From NCBI GenBank assembly GCA_964562525.1, contig CAZLTL010000004.1:6171-70170 (forward strand): 64,000 bases of DNA, in the 5' to 3' direction. Under the pieces are notes generated by a model, which saw only the letters and a program-made list of their open reading frames with translations, was not told the origin of the DNA and did no database searches. Positions 28,323 to 36,646 of this stretch are shown piece by piece. Within the stretch, counting starts at the first letter, position 1; every line of letters starts with the position of its first letter. The stretch is from an uncultured bacterium. GTDB taxonomy: Bacteria; Omnitrophota; Omnitrophia; Omnitrophales; Aquincolibacteriaceae. Both the position numbers and the translations under genes were made by a program.

Positions 28323-28368
28323 TTTGTTAACAATAGTTGTTAACACTTTTGATGGTAAATAGCGGTAA
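28323..28368 (+). repeat. island repeat copy A (TTTGTTAACAATAGTTGTTAACACTTTTGATGGTAAATAGCGGTAA)
   Basis: Starts 2 nt after the stop of cassette gene 3, with a TATAAT at 28385-28390 downstream. Precedes the transglutaminase-like gene. Confidence 0.7.
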
Positions 28369-28397
28369 GATCTTTAGATTAGAGTATAATTCAGCTT

Positions 28398-29549
28398 ATG
28401 TTTTTTTATTCGATTTCGTTCTTCCGCCTGCTGCGAATTGCTTTACCCTCATTGATAGTTCTTATGTTTTTACAAACTTATCTTCATGCGCAAGAGAACG
28501 TGGGCTCTATACCAACAAGCTCCATTCTAGAAAAGGTCGAAGAATTAGCAAACACGCCAGAAGCTAATATTGATCTTGAAAAAGAAATCTTTGAGCTTCT
28601 AAAGATTACTAATCGGGATTTGCTGGGTAAAGATATTGATATTCAAATTTATCAATCTCAAATTAGTGAGTTGGCACAGGAGTTAGCGGTTTATTTGGAA
28701 GGCGAGAGTGATCCTTACAAACGTATAAATAGAATGAATGAGTTTCTTTTTAAAGAAAAAAAGTTTTCAGCTGATTTTGGCAAAATCAACCCGAATGCAC
28801 CGCTACTAACTTCTGTTCTTGATGGCAATCCTGGGATGTGTGACACGTTGTCACTCCTTTATCGATTGGTGGGATTGCGACTTGGAATGCCACTGGAAAG
28901 TATTTTTCTTACAAACCATACGTTTGTACGCTATGTCTCGAATGGTTTTAGCATCAATATCGAAGCCACTGATGCCGGAAAATCGTATAACGATGACTGG
29001 TATGTTGAACAGTTCAAGCTCTCTGGTTCTAAAACAGATTTTTTTTCTGTCCCTGGAGCCAAGGCAACTATTTTTGCTTATTTGATTAACCTTGGCGCCC
29101 ATTATAGAACGCACGGTCGTCTTGATGATTCAATCGCAATCCACCGCAAGGTAGTCGATTTGTATCCAAATATATTTTTGGCTCACATCAATTTGGGGTG
29201 GGGCTACTTGGGTAAAAAAATGTTTGATGAGGCCATAAAGGAATATGAGGTCGCCTTGACTTTGTTTCCGAATGAATCTCTTGCTTGGCGTATGTTAGGA
29301 GCTGCGAGCGTTCAGAAAAATATGAAAACAGATGCAATAGCATATTTGGAGAAGGCGCTTGCTCTTAATAAAGATGATGAAGAGGCAAAAGATTATCTTC
29401 GTATTGCAAAACAGTTGCCGGATGCAAATCGTAAAGGGAGAGATTGGGGAATGGACTCATATTATAAAGAGCTGGGTATCGCTCCCAAGAGTAAAAAAAT
29501 AAAGGAGGAGGTTGCAAATGAGAATCGACCAGTGGTCAACCAATGGTAA
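28398..29549 (+). CDS. secreted transglutaminase-like cysteine-protease-fold protein with C-terminal TPR repeats
   Basis: Signal peptide. Core GMCDTLSLLY..LGMP..FLTNHTFVRY resembles the transglutaminase-like Cys/His core. C-terminal TPR-like repeats (EAIKEYEVALTLFP.., AIAYLEKALALN). Confidence 0.6.
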   Translation: MFFYSISFFRLLRIALPSLIVLMFLQTYLHAQENVGSIPTSSILEKVEELANTPEANIDLEKEIFELLKITNRDLLGKDIDIQIYQSQISELAQELAVYLEGESDPYKRINRMNEFLFKEKKFSADFGKINPNAPLLTSVLDGNPGMCDTLSLLYRLVGLRLGMPLESIFLTNHTFVRYVSNGFSINIEATDAGKSYNDDWYVEQFKLSGSKTDFFSVPGAKATIFAYLINLGAHYRTHGRLDDSIAIHRKVVDLYPNIFLAHINLGWGYLGKKMFDEAIKEYEVALTLFPNESLAWRMLGAASVQKNMKTDAIAYLEKALALNKDDEEAKDYLRIAKQLPDANRKGRDWGMDSYYKELGIAPKSKKIKEEVANENRPVVNQW

Positions 29550-29553
29550 TACG

Positions 29554-30054
29554 ATGCATAGCAGAAAACTCATAACACTTTTTTTTCTTGTGGCGGGGTG
29601 TATTTGCTTTGCAGGGCTTAGTGCGGCAAAAGATAATGATGTTGTTTACCAGTCAGGTGTCCATGAGAGCAAAGTGGGAAACGTGGATATAAATTATCTT
29701 TTTCAAAACTATGTTGGAACAATAGAAGCAGATAGGGCGTTAAAAGAGCGGGCAAGCGAAAAAGACGTTGTAAGAAATCAAATCAAAGAGCAAATCGAAG
29801 CTCTAAAAGCTCAGGCTGATGATAGCGATGCTTTGTATGAAAAGGTATCAGAGTTGAAGAAATATGATGATGAAACGCTTGCGTCGATTGCCGAAGAACG
29901 AAAAGTGGTTTTAGGGCAGATATTTCAGAAAATAAATTCATCTATATCAGAATATGGGCAAAGAGAAGGGTATTCAATTATTTATAATGCTGGCTCCCGA
30001 AAGAAAGGCAAGTCGATAACAAAAGATATTTTGAAGCTATTGAATAATTCATAA
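29554..30054 (+). CDS. OmpH/Skp-like periplasmic chaperone
   Basis: Signal peptide followed by a coiled-coil region and a C-terminus ..GYSIIYNAGSRKKGKSITKDILKLL resembling the Skp C-terminus (..AVAYNSSDVKDITADVLKQV). Confidence 0.55.
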   Translation: MHSRKLITLFFLVAGCICFAGLSAAKDNDVVYQSGVHESKVGNVDINYLFQNYVGTIEADRALKERASEKDVVRNQIKEQIEALKAQADDSDALYEKVSELKKYDDETLASIAEERKVVLGQIFQKINSSISEYGQREGYSIIYNAGSRKKGKSITKDILKLLNNS

Positions 30055-30076
30055 GATATTGTGATGCGCTTGGATA

Positions 30077-30134
30077 CCCAGCGGTCTATTTGTTAACAGT
30101 AGTTGTTAACACTTTTGATGGCAAATAGCGGTTA
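30077..30134 (+). repeat. island repeat copy B (ACCCAGCGGTCTATTTGTTAACAGTAGTTGTTAACACTTTTGATGGCAAATAGCGGTTAA)
   Basis: Differs from copy C at only two positions across ~58 bp. Precedes the 30161 gene. Confidence 0.7.
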
Positions 30135-30160
30135 AAAGTGAATGAAAAAAAGGGGGAGGG

Positions 30161-30529
30161 ATGATTTCATTTTTAAGAAAATTTCTACCGAATCAAGATT
30201 TGAAAGTTGCATTTAAAAATGTAATGGAAATAAGGATGGGGGCGCCTTTTAATGGCGCAGATTTGGAGCTAACAGGTAGTTGGATTCCTGATCTTCCTCA
30301 GGGGGGATGGCAAGATTTAACAGCATGTAGTAGCGACAAGCGATATGTAGGTCTTGTGCGCTGGGAGCATCTCGAAGGAAGTCCAAACTTCGTTGTTTAC
30401 ACAATTGATACCAAAAGGAAAGACTTCACAAAAGCTGATCGCGTAGCTGGCTGCTGCAAGAAAATATGGTGGGATGAAAATTCTCAGAAATTTGAATTTG
30501 ATCGTTTTTTGTATGTAAAAACCAAATGA
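30161..30529 (+). CDS. hypothetical protein (island cargo)
   Basis: 122 aa. Strong AGGGGGAGGG RBS. Confidence 0.45.
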   Translation: MISFLRKFLPNQDLKVAFKNVMEIRMGAPFNGADLELTGSWIPDLPQGGWQDLTACSSDKRYVGLVRWEHLEGSPNFVVYTIDTKRKDFTKADRVAGCCKKIWWDENSQKFEFDRFLYVKTK

Positions 30530-30583
30530 AGCCACAGAAATCTTGCTATTTGCTCTAGATGTCGCTTAGCAATTTTTGACTTA

Positions 30584-30641
30584 CCCAACGGTCTATTTGT
30601 TAACAGTAGTTGTTAACACTTTTGATGGTAAATAGCGGTAA
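30584..30641 (+). repeat. island repeat copy C
   Basis: ACCCAACGGTCTATTTGTTAACAGTAGTTGTTAACACTTTTGATGGTAAATAGCGGTAA. Last copy, ~105 nt before attR. Confidence 0.7.
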
Positions 30642-30735
30642 ATATCGGTCAAACTCGGATAAATAAATTTTCAAAAAATTCTCCTAACTCCTTTATTTTT
30701 GGTTATATCGGTCAATGTTGGATAATATCGGTAAA
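30642..30735. repeat. three ATATCGGT(C/A)AA direct repeats (candidate integrase arm-type sites) proximal to attR
   Basis: atatcggtcaaactcggataa (30642), atatcggtcaatgttggataa (30705) and atatcggtaaa (30725). Confidence 0.5.
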
Positions 30736-30748
30736 TGTTTTGAAGCTC

Positions 30749-30798
30749 GCTCATAACCCAAAGGTCCCAGGTTCAAATCCTGGCCCCGCTACCATATA
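30749..30798 (+). repeat. attR: 50-bp exact direct repeat of the tRNA-fMet 3' half (anticodon loop to CCA plus TATA)
   Basis: gctcataacccaaaggtcccaggttcaaatcctggccccgctaccatata is identical to 21470-21519. Confidence 0.9.
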
Positions 30799-30801
30799 GA
30801 A

Positions 30802-30836
30802 AACCCGATTGGGCTTTAGCCCAGTCGGGTTTTTTC
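30802..30836 (+). terminator. rho-independent terminator (probably the original tRNA terminator)
   Basis: AACCCGATTGGGC-ttta-GCCCAGTCGGGTT followed by TTTTTC. Confidence 0.65.
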
Positions 30837-30885
30837 ATTTTCGCTCTTGATTGACTTAGAGCGCTCAAAACCAGTACCATCTTGC

Positions 30886-32022
30886 ATGATATTTCAGCGT
30901 CTTTTTATTCTCCTGCTTTTGTGTTTGGTCCCGCTCTCTTCATTCGCGGAGACTCCTGAGCGAGGCCTTTTTGTTTCGGTGATTGAAAACCCGCCCGTAC
31001 TGACAAGTCAAGAAGCCATGCGCGAAATGATTGCCTTTGCGAAAAAAGCGGGCATGAAAAAGTTATTTGTGCAGATTTACCGAGAGGGGAAGGCTTGGTT
31101 TCCTTCCTCGGTCGGAGATTCCGCGCCGTATCAGGATGCTTTACTAAAAGTTAGCGAAGATCCGTTTGCATTTTTGATTCGTGAAGCTCAGGCTGAGGGC
31201 CTTGAGGTGCATGCTTGGATTAATCTACTTAGCCTTGGCGCGAACGCGGAAGCGCCTATTCTCAAAAAATATGGCCGCGAAGTATTGACCCGGAACAAAG
31301 AGGATAAAAAAGAAATCATAGATTATCTTATTGATAGCCAGTATTGGCTTGAACCCGGTGATTTGCGGGTTCGTTCTGAGTTAGCGAAACTGGTTTCGGA
31401 AATTGTTTCAACTTATCCTAAGCTGAACGGTATTCAGTTGGACTATATTCGTTATCCCGATACGAAACCTGCTTATGGATATACGATGATTAATTTGAGG
31501 CGGTTTCAAAAAGCCACGGGATTGAATAAGCTAAGCGAAAAAGATCAAACCTGGCGGAAATGGAAGCGCGATCAGGTGACCGAGCTTGTGCGGCTCTTGG
31601 TTGCGCGCGCCCGCGGAATCAATCCCGGCATTCAGGTTTCTACGACGGGTTGCGCGCCCTATGTCCGCGCGCGTGAAGAAGCTTTTCAAGATTGGGCGGA
31701 ATGGATTAATCTCGGATATGTTGATTTTGTTGCAATGATGAATTATCCCGATGATTTGAATGAATTTAAAAAATACGTGGCTGGCGCAAAAAAGAAAGCC
31801 AGCGATTTTAAAAAGGTTTATTTGGCTGTGGGGGCCTATAAGTTTTTGGAAAACCCAACCGGTTTTGACGGTATTTGGGCGGCGTGCGAGCAGGAGTCAA
31901 GTCGTGGATGCGTTGCTTTTTATTATGGGAATTTTGTGGAAGCGCCGGCGCTTAAAGAGACCTTTTTGAGTACCTTGCCTGTTTCTCAGGGGTCAGAAGA
32001 AGAATCACGGATTACGGTATAA
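30886..32022 (+). CDS. glycoside-hydrolase-like family 10 (DUF187/YngK-like) lipoprotein
   Basis: Signal peptide MIFQRLFILLLLCLVPLSSFA. Pattern ..KKLFVQIYREGKAWFPS..HAWINLL.. fits the GHL10 family. Confidence 0.55.
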   Translation: MIFQRLFILLLLCLVPLSSFAETPERGLFVSVIENPPVLTSQEAMREMIAFAKKAGMKKLFVQIYREGKAWFPSSVGDSAPYQDALLKVSEDPFAFLIREAQAEGLEVHAWINLLSLGANAEAPILKKYGREVLTRNKEDKKEIIDYLIDSQYWLEPGDLRVRSELAKLVSEIVSTYPKLNGIQLDYIRYPDTKPAYGYTMINLRRFQKATGLNKLSEKDQTWRKWKRDQVTELVRLLVARARGINPGIQVSTTGCAPYVRAREEAFQDWAEWINLGYVDFVAMMNYPDDLNEFKKYVAGAKKKASDFKKVYLAVGAYKFLENPTGFDGIWAACEQESSRGCVAFYYGNFVEAPALKETFLSTLPVSQGSEEESRITV

Positions 32023-32061
32023 TAGGTTCCTGAAATTTTCTTACAATAAACGGAGAAATTT

Positions 32062-32658
32062 ATGAAAAAAGGATTATTGATCGGTCTTGGAATTGTTGTT
32101 TTGCTGGCTGTTCTTTTCACTTCGGTTTTTGGAGGAACTTATAACAAACTGGTTACGGCTGAAGAAAATGTGAAGAAAGCTTGGTCGCAGGTTGAAAATG
32201 TTTATCAGCGTCGTCTTGACCTTATTCCGAACCTGGTGGAAACGGTGAAGGGGTATGCCGCGCATGAAAGTGATACTTTGCAGGCGATCACGGAAGCCCG
32301 CGCGAGTGTCGGCCAAATGAAGGTGACTTCGGATGTTGTGAATAACCCTGAAGCTTTTCAGAAATTTCAGGAATCCCAAGGTGCGATGACTTCTTTCTTG
32401 TCGAGGCTGCTTATGGTTTCAGAACGTTATCCTGATTTGAAAGCTAATCAAAACTTTCTTGATCTGCAAGCGCAGCTGGAAGGGACAGAGAACCGTATCT
32501 CGGTTGAACGCGGCCGTTACAATGAGGCCGCGCAGTCGTTCAATACTTTGCGCCGCACTTTCCCCACGGTCATTCTTGCCGGCTGGATGGGTTTCAAAGA
32601 AAAAGTTTATTTTGAAGCCGATAAGGGCGCAGAAAAAGCTCCACAAGTTAAGTTTTAA
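32062..32658 (+). CDS. LemA family protein
   Basis: N-terminal TM followed by ..YNKLV..EENVKKAWSQVENVYQRRLDLIPNLVETVKGYAAHE. Classic LemA. Confidence 0.85.
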   Translation: MKKGLLIGLGIVVLLAVLFTSVFGGTYNKLVTAEENVKKAWSQVENVYQRRLDLIPNLVETVKGYAAHESDTLQAITEARASVGQMKVTSDVVNNPEAFQKFQESQGAMTSFLSRLLMVSERYPDLKANQNFLDLQAQLEGTENRISVERGRYNEAAQSFNTLRRTFPTVILAGWMGFKEKVYFEADKGAEKAPQVKF

Positions 32659-32664
32659 TTTTTC

Positions 32665-33504
32665 GTGAGTCTTTCTGTTTTGAAAACGGAGCGGAGCTTT
32701 AAATCTCGGCTCCGTTTTTTTCTTCTTGGATTTGTTTTAGCTTCCACTTGCTCTTTTTCTGCTTTCGCTGAATTTCAAATTCCTGACAAACCCGATGGTT
32801 ATGTGACCGATACGATCGGCCTTCTTTCTCCGCAAAGCCGTGGACAAATAGAAAGTGCTTTGCGTCAGTTTGAAGCTGAAACTTCGAACCAGGTTGTTGT
32901 GGCAATTTTTTCAACTCTCGATGGATTCTCTCTTGAAGATGTGTCGATTCGTATGGCGCAAAAATGGAAAGCCGGACAAAAGGGCCGCGATAACGGCGTG
33001 CTTTTTTTAGTGTTTCGTGATGATCGCCAAATGCGCATTGAAGTGGGGTATGGGCTCGAAGGGGTTTTAACCGATTTGCTTTGCAGTCAAATTATTCGTA
33101 ATGACGTGGTTCCTCATTTTCGTTCCGGAGATTATGAACGCGGCATTTTTGAAGGTGTGAGGGCGATTATGGATGCTGCGCGCGGTGAGTATCAGCCCAT
33201 GACCGCGGTACAACAAAACAATGACGGCTCTGCCTTTGCTATTTTGTTTGCGATCGTCGTAGTTGTTTTTTTTGCCGATTTAATTCGCTATGGTGTTTAT
33301 GCAAAAACACACGCGGCTTCCCAGCGGTATGGTTTTTGGGAATGGTTTTTTCTTTTCGCAATTCTTTGGTTTATTCTCAGAATTTTAATCGAAAGCTCTT
33401 TGCGCTCGGGCGGCCGCGGCTGGTCCAGCGGAGGAGGATCTTCCGGAGGTTTTTCGGGAGGCGGCGGGAGTTTTGGTGGCGGCGGAGCTTCAGGGCGATG
33501 GTAA
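32665..33504 (+). CDS. TPM-domain (YgcG-like) membrane protein with a Gly/Ser-rich C-terminal tail
   Basis: GYVTDTIGLLSPQSRGQIESAL..VVVAIFSTLDGFSLED..GVLFLVFRDDRQMRIEVGYGLEG. Ends in the tail GGGSSGGFSGGGGSFGGGGASGRW. Confidence 0.8.
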   Translation: MSLSVLKTERSFKSRLRFFLLGFVLASTCSFSAFAEFQIPDKPDGYVTDTIGLLSPQSRGQIESALRQFEAETSNQVVVAIFSTLDGFSLEDVSIRMAQKWKAGQKGRDNGVLFLVFRDDRQMRIEVGYGLEGVLTDLLCSQIIRNDVVPHFRSGDYERGIFEGVRAIMDAARGEYQPMTAVQQNNDGSAFAILFAIVVVVFFADLIRYGVYAKTHAASQRYGFWEWFFLFAILWFILRILIESSLRSGGRGWSSGGGSSGGFSGGGGSFGGGGASGRW

Positions 33505-33540
33505 ATACGATATTCAAAAAGAAATATGCCGTCAGCTCGG

Positions 33541-33572
33541 ACAGTCCTCAGGCTTCGCCTTGCGGAACTCGC
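33541..33572. repeat. intergenic repeat ACAGTCCTC..GCTTCGC..TGCGGAACTCGC, copy 1
   Basis: About 28 of 32 positions match a copy at 36647-36674. Confidence 0.5.
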
Positions 33573-33693
33573 TTTCGGCTTATTTCTTCTTTGAATATTT
33601 CCGCCACTGGGGTGGTGAGAGAGGTAAGCGGAACTTTGTCTGTAAGAGATTTGTGCTTGTAAACTCGCACTGAAGAATAAGAGAGATTATAAA

Positions 33694-34167
33694 ATGGTTA
33701 AATTTCAATGGTTTCCGGACAGGGATGCTTCGCCGCGGTTTTTCTTTTCAAACAATGAAAAGAAAAAAATCAGCGAGGCGATTGCGGATTTAGAAAAAAA
33801 GACTTCGGCGGAGCTGCGGGTTCATGTCGAAACGAAAAACCCCAAGCTGTCTATTTTAGAGCAAGCGCGAAATGCTTTTGAGCGTTTAGGAATGACTCAG
33901 ACTGTTGAAAAAAACGGCGTGTTGATTTTTATTTGCTCTGACAGCCATGAGTTTGCCGTTTTAGGTGATGCGGGAATTGACCGCCGTGTTCCTCCTCATT
34001 TTTGGGAAGATGTCTCAAGACGTATGTCGGAGAAATTTGCCCAAAGCTTTTTTGTTCAGGGGGTTTGCGAGGGAATTCATCTTGCCGGTGAAAAGCTACA
34101 AGCTTATTTTCCTTTTCGCCCGGATGACAGCAACGAATTGCCTAATACGGTGTCTCATTCTGTTTGA
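33694..34167 (+). CDS. TPM-domain protein (cytoplasmic YgcG-like)
   Basis: ..KISEAIADLEKKTSAELRVHVE..NGVLIFICSDSHEFAVLGDAGI. Third member of the LemA-TPM-TPM triad. Confidence 0.7.
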   Translation: MVKFQWFPDRDASPRFFFSNNEKKKISEAIADLEKKTSAELRVHVETKNPKLSILEQARNAFERLGMTQTVEKNGVLIFICSDSHEFAVLGDAGIDRRVPPHFWEDVSRRMSEKFAQSFFVQGVCEGIHLAGEKLQAYFPFRPDDSNELPNTVSHSV

Positions 34168-34278
34168 CAGAGAGTGCTTTCGAGTTGAATCCTCAGTTGC
34201 CATTTAGTTCGCCGCACTTTACAATGGTAAGACTTAGTCTTAACTAGCTTTGTTTCCTTCAATACTAGGCAGAGTGAT

Positions 34279-34506
34279 ATGTTTCTTAGCGATCTCAAAG
34301 TCAGCGACAAAGCGGTGATCCGTGGCTTTCAAGGCGAAAGCATTTTGCAGGAGCGGCTCATGGAGCTGGGCGTGGTGCCGGGTACTGCTGTGTTGTTAAA
34401 AAGATTTGCGCCTTTGGGCGACCCCATGGAAATTATTGTGCGTGGGTATAGCCTTTCCATTCGCAAGGAAGACGCCAAGCAAATTTTAGTTGAACCGCTT
34501 CTCTAA
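34279..34506 (+). CDS. feoA: ferrous iron transport protein A
   Basis: 75 aa SH3-like FeoA (LSDLKVSDKAVIRGF..LMELGVVPGT). Confidence 0.85.
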   Translation: MFLSDLKVSDKAVIRGFQGESILQERLMELGVVPGTAVLLKRFAPLGDPMEIIVRGYSLSIRKEDAKQILVEPLL

Positions 34507-34510
34507 TGTT

Positions 34511-36508
34511 ATGAATTCTCCCGCTGCTTCTGAATCAATTCCCTTAGTTGCTTTAATTGGCAATCCCAATGTCGGTAAGACGACGCTATTCAATGCTTTG
34601 ACCGGTCTTCGGCACAATACCGCCAATTACCCCGGTGTTACGGTTGAAAAAAAATGGGGTAAGGTTAAGTTGAGCGCGGCCTCATTGGAGGTTGATTTGA
34701 TTGATTTGCCCGGGACTTACAGCTTAAATCCCAAGTCACCCGATGAAGAAATCGTTCAACACGTTCTAACAGGTCATCAAGCCGGAACGAAAAGGCCGGA
34801 CTTGGCGGTGTTGGTGGTGGACGCGAATAATCTTAATCGGAATCTTTATCTGACGCTCCAAGTCATGGGACTGGGTCTTCCGGTTGTGCTTGTGTTGAAT
34901 ATGTGGGATGAGGCGCTGCAAAGCGGCAAGAAAATTGATTTGGAAAAAATTAAATCCGAATTGGGTGTCGCGGTGGTGACCACGGAAGCTCAGCTCGGCA
35001 TCGGGATCGAGAGTTTGCGCTCTGCGATCGCGGACGGTTTAAAAAATCAAACAAAACCCAAGGCCGGCGCTGATTTTTCAAAAAAGACCCCCACGGAATG
35101 TTATTCCCTGATCGACCGCTTAGCTTCTCTGTTTGTAAAGGAGCCCGCGGAAGAGGTGAAAACGATTTCGCATAAAATCGACGATGTTTTAACGCATCCA
35201 TTTTTCGGCTGGATTGTTTTTGCTTCAGTGATGGGGGTTATTTTTCAGTCGATTTTTTCCTGGGCGACGCCGCTCATGGATTTAATTTCAAGCGGTGTGG
35301 AATGGCTCGGCCGTTTGGCGGCATCGGTTATTCCGGACGGGCAGTTGGAAAGTCTTGTCGTTGACGGTGTGATTGCAGGTGTTGGAAACGTGATTGTTTT
35401 TGTGCCTCAGATTTTTCTGCTCTTTTTCTTTATCGCCGTGTTTGAAGATTTTGGCTATATGGCCCGCGCGGCTTTCGTGCTTGATCGAATTATGAAAAAA
35501 GTGGGGCTCAACGGAAAAACATTTCTTCCGCTCCTGAGTTCCTTTGCCTGCGCCATTCCCGGTATTATGGCAACGCGCACCATTCCGGATAAAAAAGATC
35601 GGCTCGCGACCATTTTGGTTGCGCCGCTCATGAGCTGCAGCGCGCGCTTACCGGTTTACGCTTTGATGATCAGTGCATTCATCCCTCAGGAAAGGGTGTT
35701 TGGGGTTTTTGATTTAAAGGGTGTGACGCTTTTTGCGATGTATTTTTTAAGCATCGCCACAGGCCTCACGATGGCGGCCATTTTTAGAAAGAGTTTGCTG
35801 AGAGGTAACCAGTCGCCCTTTTTGTTGGAGCTGCCGCCTTACCGTATTCCGCGCCTTCAAAATGTTTTGCTTGTGATGTGGGACCGCGGCAAAGAATTTA
35901 TTAAGAATGCCGGAACTACAATTTTCTTTCTTTCGATTATTCTTTGGTTTTTAGTCAGCTATCCGAAAAGTGACGCGGTCAAAGTCAAGTATGAAGGATT
36001 GCGCCAGCAAGCTTCGCAGTCGCTGCAGGCGGAAGCGCTTCAACAACAATGGGATCATCTTGAAAACGAAGAGGCGGGGGAGCAACTGCGCTCGAGTTTT
36101 GCCGGAAGATTAGGACGTTTGATTGAGCCTGTGATTCAGCCTCTTGGATTTAATTGGAAAATCGGCATTGGATTAGTTTCTTCTTTTGCGGCGCGTGAAG
36201 TTTTGGTGAGTACGCTTGCGATTATTTACAATGTCGGTGACGAGGCCGATGAGAACTCAGCGGATTTGATTTCGGCGCTGCGTGCGGAAAAAGATCCGCT
36301 GACGGGCCAACCCGTGTATACGCCTCTCGTTGCTGTTGGCATCATGGTTTTCTTTGTACTGGCTTGCCAATGTATGTCGACTGTCGCGATTGTGAAACGC
36401 GAAACCGGCGGATGGGGTTGGCCCCTTTTTATGGTGGGGTATATGACCGCATTAGCATGGCTGGGAGCGTTCGCTGTTCACCAGATAGGTAAGTTGTTGG
36501 GGTTTTAA
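34511..36508 (+). CDS. feoB: ferrous iron transport protein B
   Basis: N-terminal G-domain GNPNVGKTTLFNALTG. Polytopic C-terminal domain with gate motifs. Confidence 0.9.
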   Translation: MNSPAASESIPLVALIGNPNVGKTTLFNALTGLRHNTANYPGVTVEKKWGKVKLSAASLEVDLIDLPGTYSLNPKSPDEEIVQHVLTGHQAGTKRPDLAVLVVDANNLNRNLYLTLQVMGLGLPVVLVLNMWDEALQSGKKIDLEKIKSELGVAVVTTEAQLGIGIESLRSAIADGLKNQTKPKAGADFSKKTPTECYSLIDRLASLFVKEPAEEVKTISHKIDDVLTHPFFGWIVFASVMGVIFQSIFSWATPLMDLISSGVEWLGRLAASVIPDGQLESLVVDGVIAGVGNVIVFVPQIFLLFFFIAVFEDFGYMARAAFVLDRIMKKVGLNGKTFLPLLSSFACAIPGIMATRTIPDKKDRLATILVAPLMSCSARLPVYALMISAFIPQERVFGVFDLKGVTLFAMYFLSIATGLTMAAIFRKSLLRGNQSPFLLELPPYRIPRLQNVLLVMWDRGKEFIKNAGTTIFFLSIILWFLVSYPKSDAVKVKYEGLRQQASQSLQAEALQQQWDHLENEEAGEQLRSSFAGRLGRLIEPVIQPLGFNWKIGIGLVSSFAAREVLVSTLAIIYNVGDEADENSADLISALRAEKDPLTGQPVYTPLVAVGIMVFFVLACQCMSTVAIVKRETGGWGWPLFMVGYMTALAWLGAFAVHQIGKLLGF

Positions 36509-36615
36509 TGGAATGTCGCAACTGTAAATCCGAAATTGATGACGAAGCTTTTAATAAAGGCGAATGTCCGAAATGCGGAGTGGAACTAGTCTATGGTTCC
36601 CCGGGCTGCGGATAG
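36508..36615 (+). CDS. 35-aa Cys4 zinc-ribbon peptide coupled to feoB (TAATG overlap); not in the ORF track
   Basis: MECRNCKSEIDDEAFNKGECPKCGVELVYGSPGCG: two C-x2-C pairs. Confidence 0.45.
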   Translation: MECRNCKSEIDDEAFNKGECPKCGVELVYGSPGCG

Positions 36616-36646
36616 ATTCCGCTTAATCGCTATTCTGCTCGCTCAA

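Larger units (their letters stand above)
21520..30798 (+). mobile_element. ~9.3 kb integrative genomic island inserted in the 3' half of tRNA-fMet (attL = tRNA nt 21470-21519; attR = 50-bp direct repeat at 30749-30798)
   Basis: An exact 50-bp direct repeat of the tRNA anticodon-loop-to-3'-end plus TATA. Internal tyrosine integrase, Xis-like HTH and RHH gene. Visibly AT-richer than the flanks, with mostly domain-poor ORFs. Confidence 0.8.

Noticed and set aside
28323-30641. Repeated ~50-bp element as a CRISPR array
   Set aside because: Only three full copies, with 1.7 kb and 0.45 kb gene-containing intervals rather than 30-40 bp spacers. No cas genes. Repeats are longer than CRISPR repeats.
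25163-30641. Integron (IntI plus attC cassette array) interpretation of integrase plus repeated junction element
   Set aside because: The recombinase has a phage-type N-terminal arm-binding-like domain and is co-oriented with the cargo rather than divergent. GTTAACA does not fit the GTTRRRY attC core. Retained only as a loose analogy.
33473-33673. 66-aa ORF
   Set aside because: Overlaps the Gly-rich tail of the TPM gene and the intergenic repeat; Ala/Gly/Arg-rich out-of-frame translation with no RBS.
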